The notes below the pieces were generated by a model, which was given only the letters and a program-made list of their open reading frames with translations, did no database searches and was not told the origin of the DNA. Of a stretch of 64,000 bases of DNA, positions 36,440 to 49,779 are shown one piece after another; position 1 is the stretch's first letter, and every line of letters begins with the position of its first letter. The stretch comes from Octopus sinensis (lineage: Eukaryota). The translations under genes and the position numbers were made by a program. The DNA lies in contig NW_021832123.1 of NCBI RefSeq assembly GCF_006345805.1, positions 182,140 through 246,139 on the forward strand, given 5' to 3'.

Positions 36440-36975
36440 AAAACCCTTCAGCCTTCGGAGTCCACTCTACAGCTCCACTATCTTCCCGATCTATCATCCC
36501 AATGCCCACACTTCCGTCAATTTTAACTCGTTTCGAACCATCCAGAAAAAAACATGGTAGGCATCCTCGACAAGTCGACGCACCGCGATCTCTCGGTCAC
36601 CGATCCCGTTAGCTTCCTCGTATTTTGAGAGTACCTCCTCAACCCGGGCTTCATAATCCATTTGCGAAAGACCTCTCCGAAAGTCCAGCACAGTGCTCTC
36701 CATCGTACGCTTAAGCACAATTGATTGCATATAAGCAATCAGATGCTCCCTCACTCTGATCGAGTCCAAATATTTTTTAAAATATTTAGACACAATGCCA
36801 TCCCATGTAAGGACAACAGGAATTATATTCACTTTGGCCTTGTGAATCAGGGATAATTCATTAGCGAGCAAATCATATTTTCTTAACTTTTCAAGTTCTC
36901 GCTGTAAATTATCTTGAGAAGTAACTCACACTTCCACAATCCAAATTACATTCTCTTTTTTATCATATACCAAGA
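36440..36975 (-). mobile_element. 3' fragment of an R4/Dong-like RLE non-LTR retrotransposon
   Basis: IWIVEV...EKLRKYDLLANEL...NIIPVVLTWDGIV...YMQSIVLKRT is an RLE endonuclease C-terminal pattern. Confidence 0.72.
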
Positions 36976-38944
36976 AAAGTTATTTTTGAATAAAACTAAT
37001 AAATATTAAAATATACTTTAGAAGTTATACTATAATTATTTTTATAATAAAATAGTTGAAAAGCATGAATGTTCTTGTTATGGCACCTCGTGCTTTTTAA
37101 GAATTGATAGAACAAACTCAGTAAGTAGATAAATATCATGTGCTGTTTACCCCATTGTGTGTGTATTTTGCTTTTATATTCTTTTTGTTAACAAAATGAT
37201 GAGTTTACTGTCAATCCTTTGATTTGCTGATATTAAACTTTTTCTGATTGTTATTAATTTGTATAGTGAAAGTCCAAAAACAAAATTAGATTCTAGCTAG
37301 GTAAATTACTAAAAGGATAGTCGAGAGCCTGAGAGTCACCTCAACGGAACACCCATGACTCCTAAGCGGCAGGATATCGGTCCTCGGATTAGTCGCCAGT
37401 GACCCTTTTCAAAAATGCTCCGATCTGTTTAACCAATTCCACTCAAATAATGTTAATAGCAATTTTCAATGCCATTGTGCATGTTTGCTTTTAATTCTGA
37501 TTAGTGCATTTTACACTAATTAGACATAAGAAGTGAATGAGGAAATATTAGAATTAATAATTAGAGAAGTTATTAGATTAGTTACATTCTTTTTTTCATA
37601 TTTTTTGAGATCGGGTGGCGACAGAGGTTGCAATCTTGTGAGTAAACTAACCACCATATGCTCCCTTTGTAGCTATTGTTGTCTTGTTAATGGACCTACA
37701 TTTATTTTTACACACTTTTGTCAGTTAATAGGATTCATCACTCTTTTAATTCTTATATGAGATATTTAATATACATTGTGGGATGAGACCTATTTGTGAA
37801 TATGCACATTTTCTGGTCGTTATAAATACTACACAGTAATTTAAAATACTCAAGGTTTAGCGGACGACTGATTTTTGGTGACTGAAAAATGGCATTTGAT
37901 GGCATGTAACTTTAATGTAAAAATAATATTTGTACAGCTTTTTTAAACTGCTTCGAAGTGCAAAGTTTTTTACATAATAAAACATTTAAAAATAATCCAA
38001 AGAAAATTTTATTTTAAAAAAATTTTGACATTTTAAACAAAGTCACAAAATCAAATGCTAATTAGTCTTGGGACAAATTACTTAATACTTTGTAAAGTAT
38101 CCGTTATTCTCCAAAACTGCATTTAAGCGATTTTTATAATTGTTAACAATTAAAAATACTGTTTGGGATAATTTATAGATGATACAAATCCGTCTATTAA
38201 TAAAAATACATCCTGCTTCTCTAATAGTGACAAGACTAATGCAAAATGAATAAGTTTTTTTCCATAACCCCTGAATTGCACATCAGAATGGCAACCCAAG
38301 CACAAACAACAAACATAACTAGCTAATCAAGAGTTATTTGTACCGGTCAACATACACCTCCAAATTTTCTTACTTATATAGCAAATAAATTACCAGCTTT
38401 TAGTTAGAATAAGTTAATTTTAACCTCAACCCAATGTTTAAAGAAGTAGGTTCTTAATAAATGACGGTGGCCTTATTTTGTACGGTTCGGTAGGGGCTCA
38501 AGTTAAGAAATATGACATCAATATCTGCAATTTAGTTATACATTGCCAAATTGAATGCTTTTTCATATTTATATATTTTTTGAAAATGTGAAAGTACTTA
38601 ACATAAGTTTCTTTAATTTAATCGTTTTGTTGTTCGTGATTAAAAATTTCCACATTAAAGTGATAATAATTTTCCATTTATATTTTTCTTTAAAACTTTG
38701 AACTTGAACTATTTCTTTAACATCTAAATAAAGTTGACTTTGAAGTAATGAATATTTCATAAGAGTCCATTACATTTAGAGGATATAGGTAATATCAAGT
38801 TTGTAATTTTAGAAAAATAAAATGCAAAAAGATCGTCGAATACTTTTAAAAAGCCGACATTCAAATTTACTTTTTTGAAACTGTTTGAAACATGTTTTAA
38901 ATAATCGAATCACAAGAGAAAACATCAAGGAAAAACGTGATCAC

Positions 38945-40691
38945 TCAACTCGACTGAGAGGCGGCACACGACTGACCCGAACAAGTCCTCGGTCAGTCCT
39001 CATTTGTGCCTCCTTCCAAACTACGCCCAAGTCATCCCCAACTTTCATGTGACTCTTCAATCCATCATACAAATCCTACCAAAATACGTGGAAGCACTTT
39101 TTTCTTAGCATTAAGTTGAACTGGATTTGTCTGAGGAGGAAATCCATCAAAATAAACGACATCCCCCGCCTGTGACTGTTCAGGCACAATCAACGGCTCC
39201 ACTCTGCCAACATCACCACAAACCAAACGTCTCCCTCTCCTCTGAATCATCCCTCTTTCCCTTAGCACACATAATCATCCCCTCAGACATAATCCCCCGC
39301 AAATTCGCCGGCTTCAAATTCACCAAAAACACAAAATTATTTCCCGACAATTCCTCTTCAGTGCACGAATTCACCAACGAGGAACAAATTGTGAGTATTC
39401 GGCCTCCCCCCACGTCTACCCTCTCCACAAATAACGAATCCGCGTTCTCGTGCTGCCACTTTGATTAAAAAACTAACTTTTTTGACGGAAATAATTTTCC
39501 CAACACGGAAATCGCAGACAGTGGGGTCAGAAACAACGGATTCCACGGTAGGGGTCACCACACGTGCTTTATTATCACCAGGATACGCCGAGGTGACAAT
39601 CTTCTGCATTTTTGGCGACTCAAACGCCTTTAGAATTGGGGCAAGAAGATAATTTATTTCCCGTGAGAGTGCAGCCTTGACATCGGCAGGGTGAAGTTTA
39701 AGAGACAAAAAGTCCTCCTCAACCTGCTCGTAGGACAAGTACTCGACAGTCCCCAATTCAGGAGACTCAACGGAGAAGACTTTGACAGATTTAAAGTCGA
39801 GGACTGGAAACACGACCATTTTAAGGAATGCGAGGACTCCGTTGTCCTCGAGTGACCCCGGCATACAGAAAGCCTTCCTGATTTTATTTTGAACCACTTT
39901 GGGTGGGTCAAGAAAGTCAATTTTAGAATCAATGTCTGAAGCACTCATTTTGCCCCCCGTCAGTCCAGGAACTATAATGAGGGGGAAATAGTGACCCATT
40001 GGATTCATCAAATGAGCTCTCTTGGCACATCCCAACTGTGGGAGGTACTTTTCCGCAAATGTAAAAATCTTTCTTTGATCGACTCCCCCGAACTGAGCAT
40101 CCACTTTGAGATATTCTTCATCGAGTGCCTGAAGACAGGGATAGAGCAATCCCCCAAGGAGAGGATAGTCCACTTGTTTGACCACCTCACTTCCTGCCTT
40201 CCTGGCATCGTGTTGAGTCACCAAAGTGGTCATTTTAAACATATCAATCACATAATTCCTATTTGTAGTCAAAATTACTCGACCTGTCCAATTGGTAGTC
40301 AGTGCCCTTCACAAAAACGAGGTCGTCGGTGGGGATTCCCAACGAGGACATGACTGCGGATATCACCTCCCGGTAGTAATCCACTCGGTGGTTGACCAGG
40401 TCCCAACCGGCCTTCAGGTTATCGAGAACAGCGTGGAGATCTGCCAAGAGAATAGTCACTTGGCAGCCCGCTTTGAGGAGTTGTGCTATTTTTACTAGTG
40501 GCACAAAATAGCCAATGTGGGGTTTCCCTGTGGTGGCGGTTCCCCAGTACACTTTGAGAGGGCGATGGGAAATAATTTCTTTTATTTTCTCCTCTCCTAA
40601 GACTTCCTTGGAGTCTTTAATGTGATCTAACCTGCAGTCCTCGTGTTATTAAAGAATATTTCTCATCAACGTTTACAACCACACGTGACAT
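38945..40691 (-). CDS. YARS1: Tyrosyl-tRNA synthetase, copy B (reading frames open)
   Basis: Same exon structure as copy A; substitutions include H>Y (DYPLL) and Y>C (LGCAK). Confidence 0.93.
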
Positions 40692-41009
40692 TTAATTAAT
40701 TAATGCTGTTGACAAAAAAATTACAATTTTAAATAAACATTCCCAACTTCATTCTCAAAAAAAATTGAACAAGTCAACAAACAATATATTCTCTCTGTAC
40801 TAAATTACGCAAGTTTAAAGTGGGTTTTCTGTCTATCTACATGTTCCACTATAATACTTTGATCAGTATAAAACAAGGCTATGAGCCTGAAATGAACACT
40901 CATCGACCATCTGGACTATTATGTGACATGGGCTGCGCGATACCTATGGGCCGCGTGATACCTGACGTGACCTTGAAATGTGCAATTATGACATTGATGG
41001 GATTAAATT

Positions 41010-41529
41010 GGTTAATTTTGAAAGAAAAGAAAATGAGAGAACAAGAATCCGAACTAATTAAGAAGATCATTGTCTCCAGAAAACCCTTTCCATTGAAGAT
41101 CCAACAGGGAAAGTGCACAAGTCTGAGTCGTCGCCGTTATGTTCGGAAAGGGGAGTAGAACCGACTCCGTTACAACAGACATATGCATAGATCTGAAGGA
41201 AATCCTTAGATTAGGTGATTCTGGTGGCCAACGCAACACACGCGTGTAATTAAGAAGATCATTGTCTCCAGAAAATCCTTTCCATTGAAGATCCAACAGG
41301 GAATGTGCACAAGTCTGAGTCGTCGCCGTTATGTTCGGAAAGGGGAGTAGAACCGACTCCGTTACAACAGACATATGCATACATCTGAAGGAAATCCTTA
41401 GATTAGGTGATTCTGGTGGCCAACGCATCACAGTAATAGAAACCAACGAGCGCAACCGCGTGTAATTAAGAAGATCCAAACACACTAATAGAAACCAACG
41501 AGCGCAACCGCGTGCTCGAGCGTAAAAAA
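41010..41529 (+). mobile_element. Unclassified poly(A)-tailed retroposed insertion with an internal ~192-bp duplication
   Basis: Absent from copy A (gattaaatt|ataaatc). Ends in an A-run, probable TSD aaatt. Units start taattaagaagatc at 41055, 41247 and 41463. Confidence 0.7.
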
Positions 41530-42146
41530 AAAATTATAAATCTTTTAATTAGACCGCGACTCATTCTTATCATTTAATAATTTACTAAATTAGCTAAAGA
41601 CTCTCTCATTTTGACAAAAAATTATATTTGTAGGAATTTAATTATCAGAAATTGATTTTTTGGTGGAAAACCTAAATTTCTTGAGTTATTTCTAGCGTGC
41701 AAGTATATTTTCCAGCAATGTCCTCGTACAAAGGTTATGTAAAGAATAGTTTGGAATATCAAATTTTAAAAGATGCTTTACAGGATAAATTTCATGAACA
41801 TCTTACAAAGCAAAAAAAATATAGACTAGTTAAGAAAATTGAAAATTTTACTGTAATTAATGAAGGTATCATACAAATTGTAAATGTATAGATTGTATCT
41901 TAAATGTGAGAATTCAGATCACAAGCTAGTGATTTGTCTAGACAATGAACCCGAAATGGAGATCGTTGCTAAAAGTTTGCATGACTTCTCGCATGGAGGA
42001 GTTAACAAAATTGAATATGAATGTCGACAACGATATTTCACAGTTAAAAATGAGATTATTCGAAAAGTCATTCGAAACTGTGAAATTTGTAAATTTGCGC
42101 GACCCTTAAAAGTTTTAACTTTTTTAAATCCTAGATTGGAGATATA

Positions 42147-43730
42147 CAGTATGGTCCAAAAATAGTACACCCCTTGTTTTTTTGTCGAAAAAGTCTTATA
42201 TCTGCTAAAATAATACATTTATTTAATTATTTTTTTTGTGAATTATATCTGTTTTAGAGTTTAATGAATTTTTCACTTTATAGAAAATCGAAATGAATTT
42301 AATTATACATATATTTTAAAAAATTAATGAATTTTTAATGGTCCATAAATAGTACACCCTTAACAAATTCAACATCTGTTGTGCTTTAAAATTACCTAAT
42401 AAAGTTTTATTTAATATACAAAAATATTTTATTTTTAGTTTATGTTTTTTTATTTTTTTAAGTAATTATTTAACTAAATAATTATCTTATTGTCAAAATA
42501 ATTAACATGAACTTTCGTAATGTTGATCTCTCTTCAGATATTAAAAATCGTATTATTTCCATACACGAGGACAACTATGGATACAAAAAAATTGCCAAAA
42601 AACTTGAGATTAGCAAGAACACCGTTGCTAAGATTGTACAAAAATACCGAAAAACGGAATAAACGGCATTTTAAATCGAGAAAGAGGGAGACCGAAGAAG
42701 TTATCTATCAGATCTATCCGTCTAATCAGACGTTCTGCTGAAAAAAATCCAAGAATCTCTTCATCTGCAATTGCAAAACAATTGGAATCTTATTCTGTTA
42801 TTAAAATATAAAAATCTACAATAAAAAGGAGACTACATGAATGCAATTTATATGGCTGATACTTCGAAGGAAACCGTTATTGTCAAAAAGGTACAAAAGA
42901 AACCGTTTACAATTTGCAAAAAAATATGTAGGCAAAAATATGGATTTTTGGAATAGAATTCTGTGGTCAAATGAGACCAAAATCAATTTGTTCAGATCAA
43001 ATGGAATTAAGCATATGTGGCGCAAAAATGGCGGTGCACTAAATCCAAAATGCATAGTATCTACAATGAAACATGGCGGCGGAAATATAAAGATATGTGG
43101 ATTTATGAGCTTCCAAGGACCTGGTGAACTTTATACCATAAATGGAATCATGAATGCAGACATGTACATTAATATACTTGAGAAAAAAATGATGCCCTTT
43201 ATCAACGATCATTCAGAAAATCCGAATTTCCAACAAGATAACGATCCGAAGCATACTGCAAAGAAGACTAAAAGTTTTTTGACAGAAAAAAAAAATTTGC
43301 CAGATTTAAATCCAATTGAAAACATGTGGAGCTATTTAAAAAGAAAAATCGAAACATTTGACGTCATAAATAAAAAAAATCTGATAATAAGATAATTATT
43401 TAATTAAATAATTACTTTAAAAAAATAAAAGAACATAAACTAAAAATAAAAATATTTTTGTATATTAAATAAAACTTTATTAGGTAATTTTAAAGCACAA
43501 CAGATGTTGAATTTGTTAAGGGTGTACTATTTATGAGCCGGCAGTTTTTTACGTTTTTGTTAATAAATGTTAAATAAATTGAATTTTGGTCTTAAAAAAT
43601 TAAAAATTAACAACTCAGACTTAAAAAAAACTAAATTGCAAAAAAAAAAGTTCAGATAATTAATTATTAGTACCGAAAATGGATTTTTTCGTCAGAAAAA
43701 CAAGGGGTGTACTATTTTTGGACCATACTG
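42147..43730 (+). mobile_element. Tc1-like transposon with IR/DR ends, defective transposase
   Basis: TA TSD; TIR CAGTATGGTCCAAAAATAGTACACCCC; HTH GYKKIAKKLEISKNTV; WSNETK (D>N), FQQDNDPKHT, PDLNPIENMW. Absent from copy A. Confidence 0.93.
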
Positions 43731-45141
43731 TAAATAACCATGTCTTTGCACTTGCCCAAATGAAAGATTTCAGATAGATCTTATAGATCTGAAAAGTTTT
43801 TCTACTATAAATAAAAATTTTAAATGGATTTTAACGGTCATTGACGTATATAGCAGGTTAGTTTTTTCAACAATTTTTATAGATTTGCATTTGCGAGGCC
43901 GCTCTACACTAAGTCCTCAAATGAAGTTTGTGAAAACCTCAGATCATTATTTTTCTTAAATGGTCCGTGTCAATTTCTTCAGTCCGATAATGGGACTGAA
44001 TTCAAGAATCGTGAAATGACCAATCTATGTGAGGAATTCAATATCAAACGAATTCACGGAAGGCCAAACAATCCCCGCTCACAAGGGATTGTCGAACGCT
44101 TCAACCAGTCAATTACAAGAAAAATGGCAAAAATGATCGACAATGATAATAAAAAGTGCCTGGAAAAATTAGAAAATGCAGTGTACAGTTATAACATTTC
44201 TGTCCACTCATCTTCTAATGAGAGCTCTTTTGAAAGATACCGGGGAATAAGTGGAATAAATACAATATTTTATGGTTGTAATTATAAAATTATTTCTTAG
44301 ATAATTGAAGTAATGAATTGTTGAGTCCTGATCAAGTCGATGATGCAAACAATTGTCCGAGTCCAATTGAAAATTCATGTAATTTGAATTTCTATATGTA
44401 GATGATTGTAATTATTCGTTTACAAGTCCGAAAAGATTTCAGTTCGAAATCAACCTCATTGATCCTAATTCTAATTATTACAAAGCGATGAACAGAAAAA
44501 TGAATGTTTACAATAGTAAGTATGAATTTAGTGTTGGTGATAAAGTATGCATAAAAATTAATGTTTAGGTTCGAGTTAAAAAAGACTTTGGAACAAATCC
44601 TTCGTTGCGACTGGATAAGTTTGAATCTCCATATTATCCATCTGCAGAAATTATCAGTATTTTATCAAACAATCGCGTTGAGGTAGTTTAAACATTTAAA
44701 TTTAATAGATAAAAAATTCGATGAGCGAAATTTCGATTGTGCCAATGTCCAGACTTAAAAAATAATTAACAAGTTATTATTCTTTGAAGTTTAATATTAA
44801 TTACAATATTGACATTAAGTTAAGCTTCAAGGTCACGTCAGGTATCACGCGGCCCATAGGTGTAACGCAAACTATGTCACATATTATACTAATCTTCTTA
44901 GAACATCCAAATATAAAAAAAACACAATTCCTATTCGTTTCCCGTAAATCCACTGCTCTAAATGTGCTAAATAAAAAATGGTTGTTCACTGAAGAATACG
45001 CCTGAAAAGCAATACTCCTAACTCAAAATTAATGGCCGAACCAATTTCACATCCAATTAAAAGAATTCACGATTTTATTTAAACGTCGACAATTCTAAGG
45101 TTGACACCTAACTCCATTCTCAATAAATTTCCACCGGATAT

Positions 45142-48100
45142 TCATCCCCTTAAATACTTGTTAACCGTTCGCTTCAGATTAATCTTTCCTATTTCCGCTC
45201 TCGCAATTATCATTCACTACACTCACAAATCGAACAACTCGATCTCTCCTTTTTCAACCTTTGTCGTGTTGATGACCATTCGACTGAGCACCTCAACCGG
45301 TGTCCCGGTTCACTTCCCTATAAAGTCCATTAGACGCAGTCGTTAGAGAGGATCTCATATCTTGATGTGTTATGCAACAACAACATTAATCAATTGACTG
45401 TTACCAATTAAACAGACCACGCAATATTCCTTCCTTTCTTGGTCTAAACTCACACGGGTATTCCAGTCGTTGGAAAGCAATGTCAAAATACATTGGCTTC
45501 AGAGACATGTGCGTAGATTCTGAATATCCCAACAACACATTACTCACGGCCTGAGATTAGAACCCACAAATACCCGAATTTGTTCACTCATCGACACATC
45601 CCCCAACATACCACACATGACTTCCCTACTCCACTCCCGAACTTGAGAAAGGGACGATTCCAAGCACGTAATCCAAAAGTCCCAGTCACCTCCGTCATTC
45701 CTCAGCACTTGAATCACTCTCTCAATGCCACTGTCACGACAGTAATTCACTACTTGTCCATACTTCTTCTTCTGCATGAGACTCCTCACTTTGTTAAATG
45801 CCCTGTGGATGAGACATGGAGAAATCACCCGAGAGCACAGCAAATGGTCTGTTCGTGCTTCATCCTCTCAAAAAGACAGACATCCTCCCTCAAAGACAAC
45901 ACCCTCATCAGTTTATCAATCCTCTACAATACTAGACCAGCCAGTACAGCTGAAACTCGACTGTAGAGGCAATAAAGACGTTCACTTATGGTTTTATTCG
46001 GCCTACACTTGCCTCTCCTGTATTCGTGGGTAGTCCCCTTCCCCTCCATTGAGCCGATTATCAGCCAATCTCGTTTATTCGAGTATATAAGCGTCCAATA
46101 ATATACAAACACACACACTGCGTCACGTGGACTCACATCCCCCACAGACATGTCCAACAATTCCTCCATTTTCTACAAAAATCGACTCATTTTCAATTTA
46201 CTGATATTTTTAGCCTCGGTCTCATTTTATCCAAAAATTTCCCCCCATTTATAACTAATTGCTGGTAGTTTGAAAATGTCTCCTCGTTTTTTTCCATCAA
46301 AATGGAATAACTCTCCAAAAACGCACGAAAATGCTCATTTTTGTTTATCTGAGAATCAATTTCGACTGGTCGACCAAACACAAACACTTCTCTAACATGA
46401 CCCTCACCCACATTTGTATCCTTCACTAAATTAGCACATGTACCAATTGGTCAATCCCCGACTCCTCCATTTGGACAGCCAATTCTGCCTCAGCCGAATC
46501 CCTCTGACTGTAATGACAGATTTCCAGCTGATTGTTAATCTCCTCCACCATCTGAGAATACTCCTCCCTGTGGGACGAAATACCCTTACTACCCAACAGG
46601 CCATAAATCCGCCTAAATTACTAATAGTGCGGCTTAACTTTGATCTGTTGAATAAAATGGCAGCAGAAATCCACTCTTCGTTGTGGAATGAACAGGTTGC
46701 CTTCACCCACGTGCAATAGGCCTCAATTTCGTGGTTGGTTAAGGACTCGATGACCTCAATTCTCTCCTTTCGTACATTATTGAGAATATTGGCCAGAATA
46801 GAGGCTTTCCTGAGTCTTCTTTTGACGCGAAATCGACTTCTTGTATTTCCAGATGTTCGGAGGAGGGATAATGCCTGGGTTAGACACCGTTCCACTAAAA
46901 AGACACACATTTCGAGATATCTAGTCCTCACCCTAATACGATTACCTCGAGTTGGTGAGATATTCTGTCACAGGCGCTACCGGTTACCGAGCGCTACGGG
47001 TTACTGAATGCTCAAATTTAACATTTAAAGAATTTTTTATAAAAATTAAACCTAAATTTTTTTAGTTATTATATTTAAAATTAATAAATATATAATTTCA
47101 ATATTTTTAAAAGGCGCAGCATTTGATAATTTTTAAATAGATAATTTACCATGCGTATTCTATAAAGTTTTCTTGTGCCTCGCTGTTTTGTCAAAACTGT
47201 ACAAGAATATGATCATATAGTTAAAATATTGGAAGAGCAGGGGATCATTGGAATATCTAAACAAAAAAAATACAGATTAACTCGAAAGTCCAAGAATTTT
47301 ACTTTCATTACCGGGCGGCTATATCTTAAAGACTCACGTGGAAACCATAAAATAGTCATTTCTGCAGACAATCATGAGGAGATGCAATTAGTGGCTACGC
47401 AAATTCATCAAATGACTGATGTGGACATAACACGTTGGAAGAGTTTTGTAATCAGAGATATTTTTTTGTTAAACGCGAAATCATCAGGAAAGTAGTATCG
47501 TAATGTGTATGTCGATTTGCGACACCACTAAAAATAGTTGATCCTGAAAACCACATTATAGCCTCACAACCAAATGAGATCTAAAACATAGGTCAGGGTT
47601 CAGAAAGATTTTGGGACAAATCCATCCTTAGCTCTTCAAAAATTCGAGTCTCCATACGGAGAGATTGTACAAATTTCTAGTATATTGTCAAACAATATTG
47701 TCGAATTACGAATGTCCGACGGAACAATGAAAAAAACCCACATGAAACGAATCAAAATAAATAAAGATCAAAAATAATTAAAATTTTAGTTATAATCCAT
47801 AAAAAAAGTTTTTTTCAATTTCTGTGTAACGTTATATGGAAATTTTGGAGTCTTAGTGCTTAAACGTCTTATGCCTTATTCTTGAATTAAATCTGTAGTA
47901 GATACATTTAGAATTGTTTTTATGTAAGATAACAATTATTAAATCTTAATAAATATATTTTATTTTAATATAGTAATTTTTAAAGCAAGTTTTTGTGCAT
48001 TATAATTTTAACAAATTAAAAAATATCATAAAAAAAATTATAACTTTTTTTACGGGTTTGATCAAATTAAGTATGTTAATTTGAAACATAAAATTTCAAG

Positions 48101-48413
48101 TATTTTTTCTTGATTTTTTTCTAAGTCCACTCGGGTAACCCGTAGCGCTCGGTAATGCCCAGCGCCTGTGACATATTCAGCAGTAATTGGCCTTGGAATA
48201 AAATTGTTTTTTGTCTTGCATTTTAAATTGAGTGATTTTCTGGCACGTTGAATGACACGTGTGCAGTGTGAACTATAACTTGAGTAGTCGCTGTACTGTA
48301 GTCCATATGTGTTCTGAGACCTTCTTACACTGTGGAGAACTATATATATTAAATAATCAAATACTTGGAAAGCAAACCAATTCGAACGAACTTTGATCAC
48401 CACCAGACTCCAT
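45142..48413 (-). pseudogene. SRP68: SRP68, copy B; coding exon interrupted by a 1.2-kb Ginger element
   Basis: Lacks the copy-A stop and frameshift but is split at RPITAEY|LTNSR. Confidence 0.85.
46966..48173 (+). mobile_element. Second Ginger2-like family, internally deleted non-autonomous copy
   Basis: TIR TGTCACAGGCGCT...AGCGCCTGTGACA, 5-bp TSD tattc. N- and C-terminal integrase remnants (QKKYRL, KDFGTNPS..KFESPY) are homologous to the first Ginger; the DDE core is missing. Confidence 0.85.
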
Positions 48414-48495
48414 ACACTCAAATATTTTATTTTTTATTCCATAACTAAACTATAAATAATAAAAAAATAATCAGGGAGTCTACTCCCAAAAAACA

Positions 48496-49779
48496 TTAAG
48501 AAAAAGGTAAATTATATTTAGCAGCACTACTCAATGGATACTGGTCTCTCTTGAGAACATGCAAAATATCCTTCAAAGTGATCCTCTTCGACCTCTAAAA
48601 ATAAAATGGGAGACACACCATTTGATAGGAAGAGGCCTCCCCACCTCTGCCAGAAATCTCCCTTCTCCTCTGACCAAGAGCAGCCAAAGCCGTCTCATTC
48701 GACTCCTTATTTCTGACCTGATCCTCATTCTCCTGTCTCCACTTTTTCACTTTTTTCTTCATCTCCAAATACTCCGGCTGAGAAAAACGTGCCTTGCATT
48801 TGGATGCCTTGTTGAGACTCTCCATGGTGGACTCCTCCCTTCTCCGACTCTCCAACTCATTGTAGTCCTCAATATACCGCAACTGTGCCTTCAAATCATC
48901 CACCATCTCATATCGGGGGTCGTTCTACTCACTCAGTCCTCCCACCCAACCATATATTTCTCCGCCCTATGTTCAGACACAGTGATGGCCTTCTCCACCA
49001 ACTGCCTCATAGCCCTGCAAATCAACATGAGTGTCTCCATCGGTATTTCCTGAATGTTGTACTCCCCGGCTACACTCACTCACCCAACTAACCAATTGCT
49101 GTGAATCGTAGACACAGGGCGTCCATCACTACTAGTAAGTCGTCCTTGTAGTGACTTAGGTGAGTGTCCTCACTCATTTCCACCACTTCCTCAGTCGGGA
49201 CCTCCCTCCTCTCCTCATACCGACTCATAGGGGGTGTCTGCTTGACCAGGACGGGCACTTGTGGGGACATCATTCTCACAGGCAGTGGCTGATGTCTATA
49301 TATATGTGGAGGTGGCCGAATCCCGTTTATCTCAATAGTCCCCGAAAGAAGACATTTCCTCAGAGAATTGAGCGTTTCCAGAAATAAAACAAACAAATAC
49401 TTTCACAAGCACTTCTATTTCGTGGAAAGGGGTATCCGCCTTGAAATGTGACTTTATCACGTTCATGAAGGTGGGGAGGTCGTTTTCGTCGTTCTGCACG
49501 TGACTTGGGGGTGTACTATTAGTCGTTGGATTTGGTCGAGGATCATTGATAGCTTGTCCTGGTAAGGTCCGGTGCTGCAGAGGGAGATTATGTTGAGGAA
49601 GAATCCTCGACATCTTAGGATTTCTGGGGGTAATTGGAGGGAATACTTTGGAAGTGTGGGTCTGGTTCGGTAGGATGTTTGGGATATTCGGGACGAGATA
49701 TTAGTCGTACTCCTTGAGAGGTGTAATTAGTGGGCTGGACTTCGTAAGGATCGTTTGGGGGCTTATTATGGTGAGACAT
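48496..49779 (-). CDS. TAF4: TAF4, copy B; uninterrupted but with a 12-bp in-frame deletion in the histone fold
   Basis: CRA(TECF)MRQLVEK: aaagcactccgt of copy A (8614-8625) is missing at 49010/49011. Confidence 0.82.

Larger units (their letters stand above)
40922..44881 (+). mobile_element. Ginger2-like transposon, copy B; hosts a poly(A) element and a Tc1
   Basis: Same TIRs and tatta TSD (40917-40921, 44882-44886) as copy A, so it predates the duplication. Confidence 0.87.

Noticed and set aside
41055-41430. Hammerhead ribozyme cores (ctgaagga, ttgaaga...gggaaa)
   Set aside because: Stem II/III pairing and the GAAA-N...N-UH geometry could not be built on either strand.
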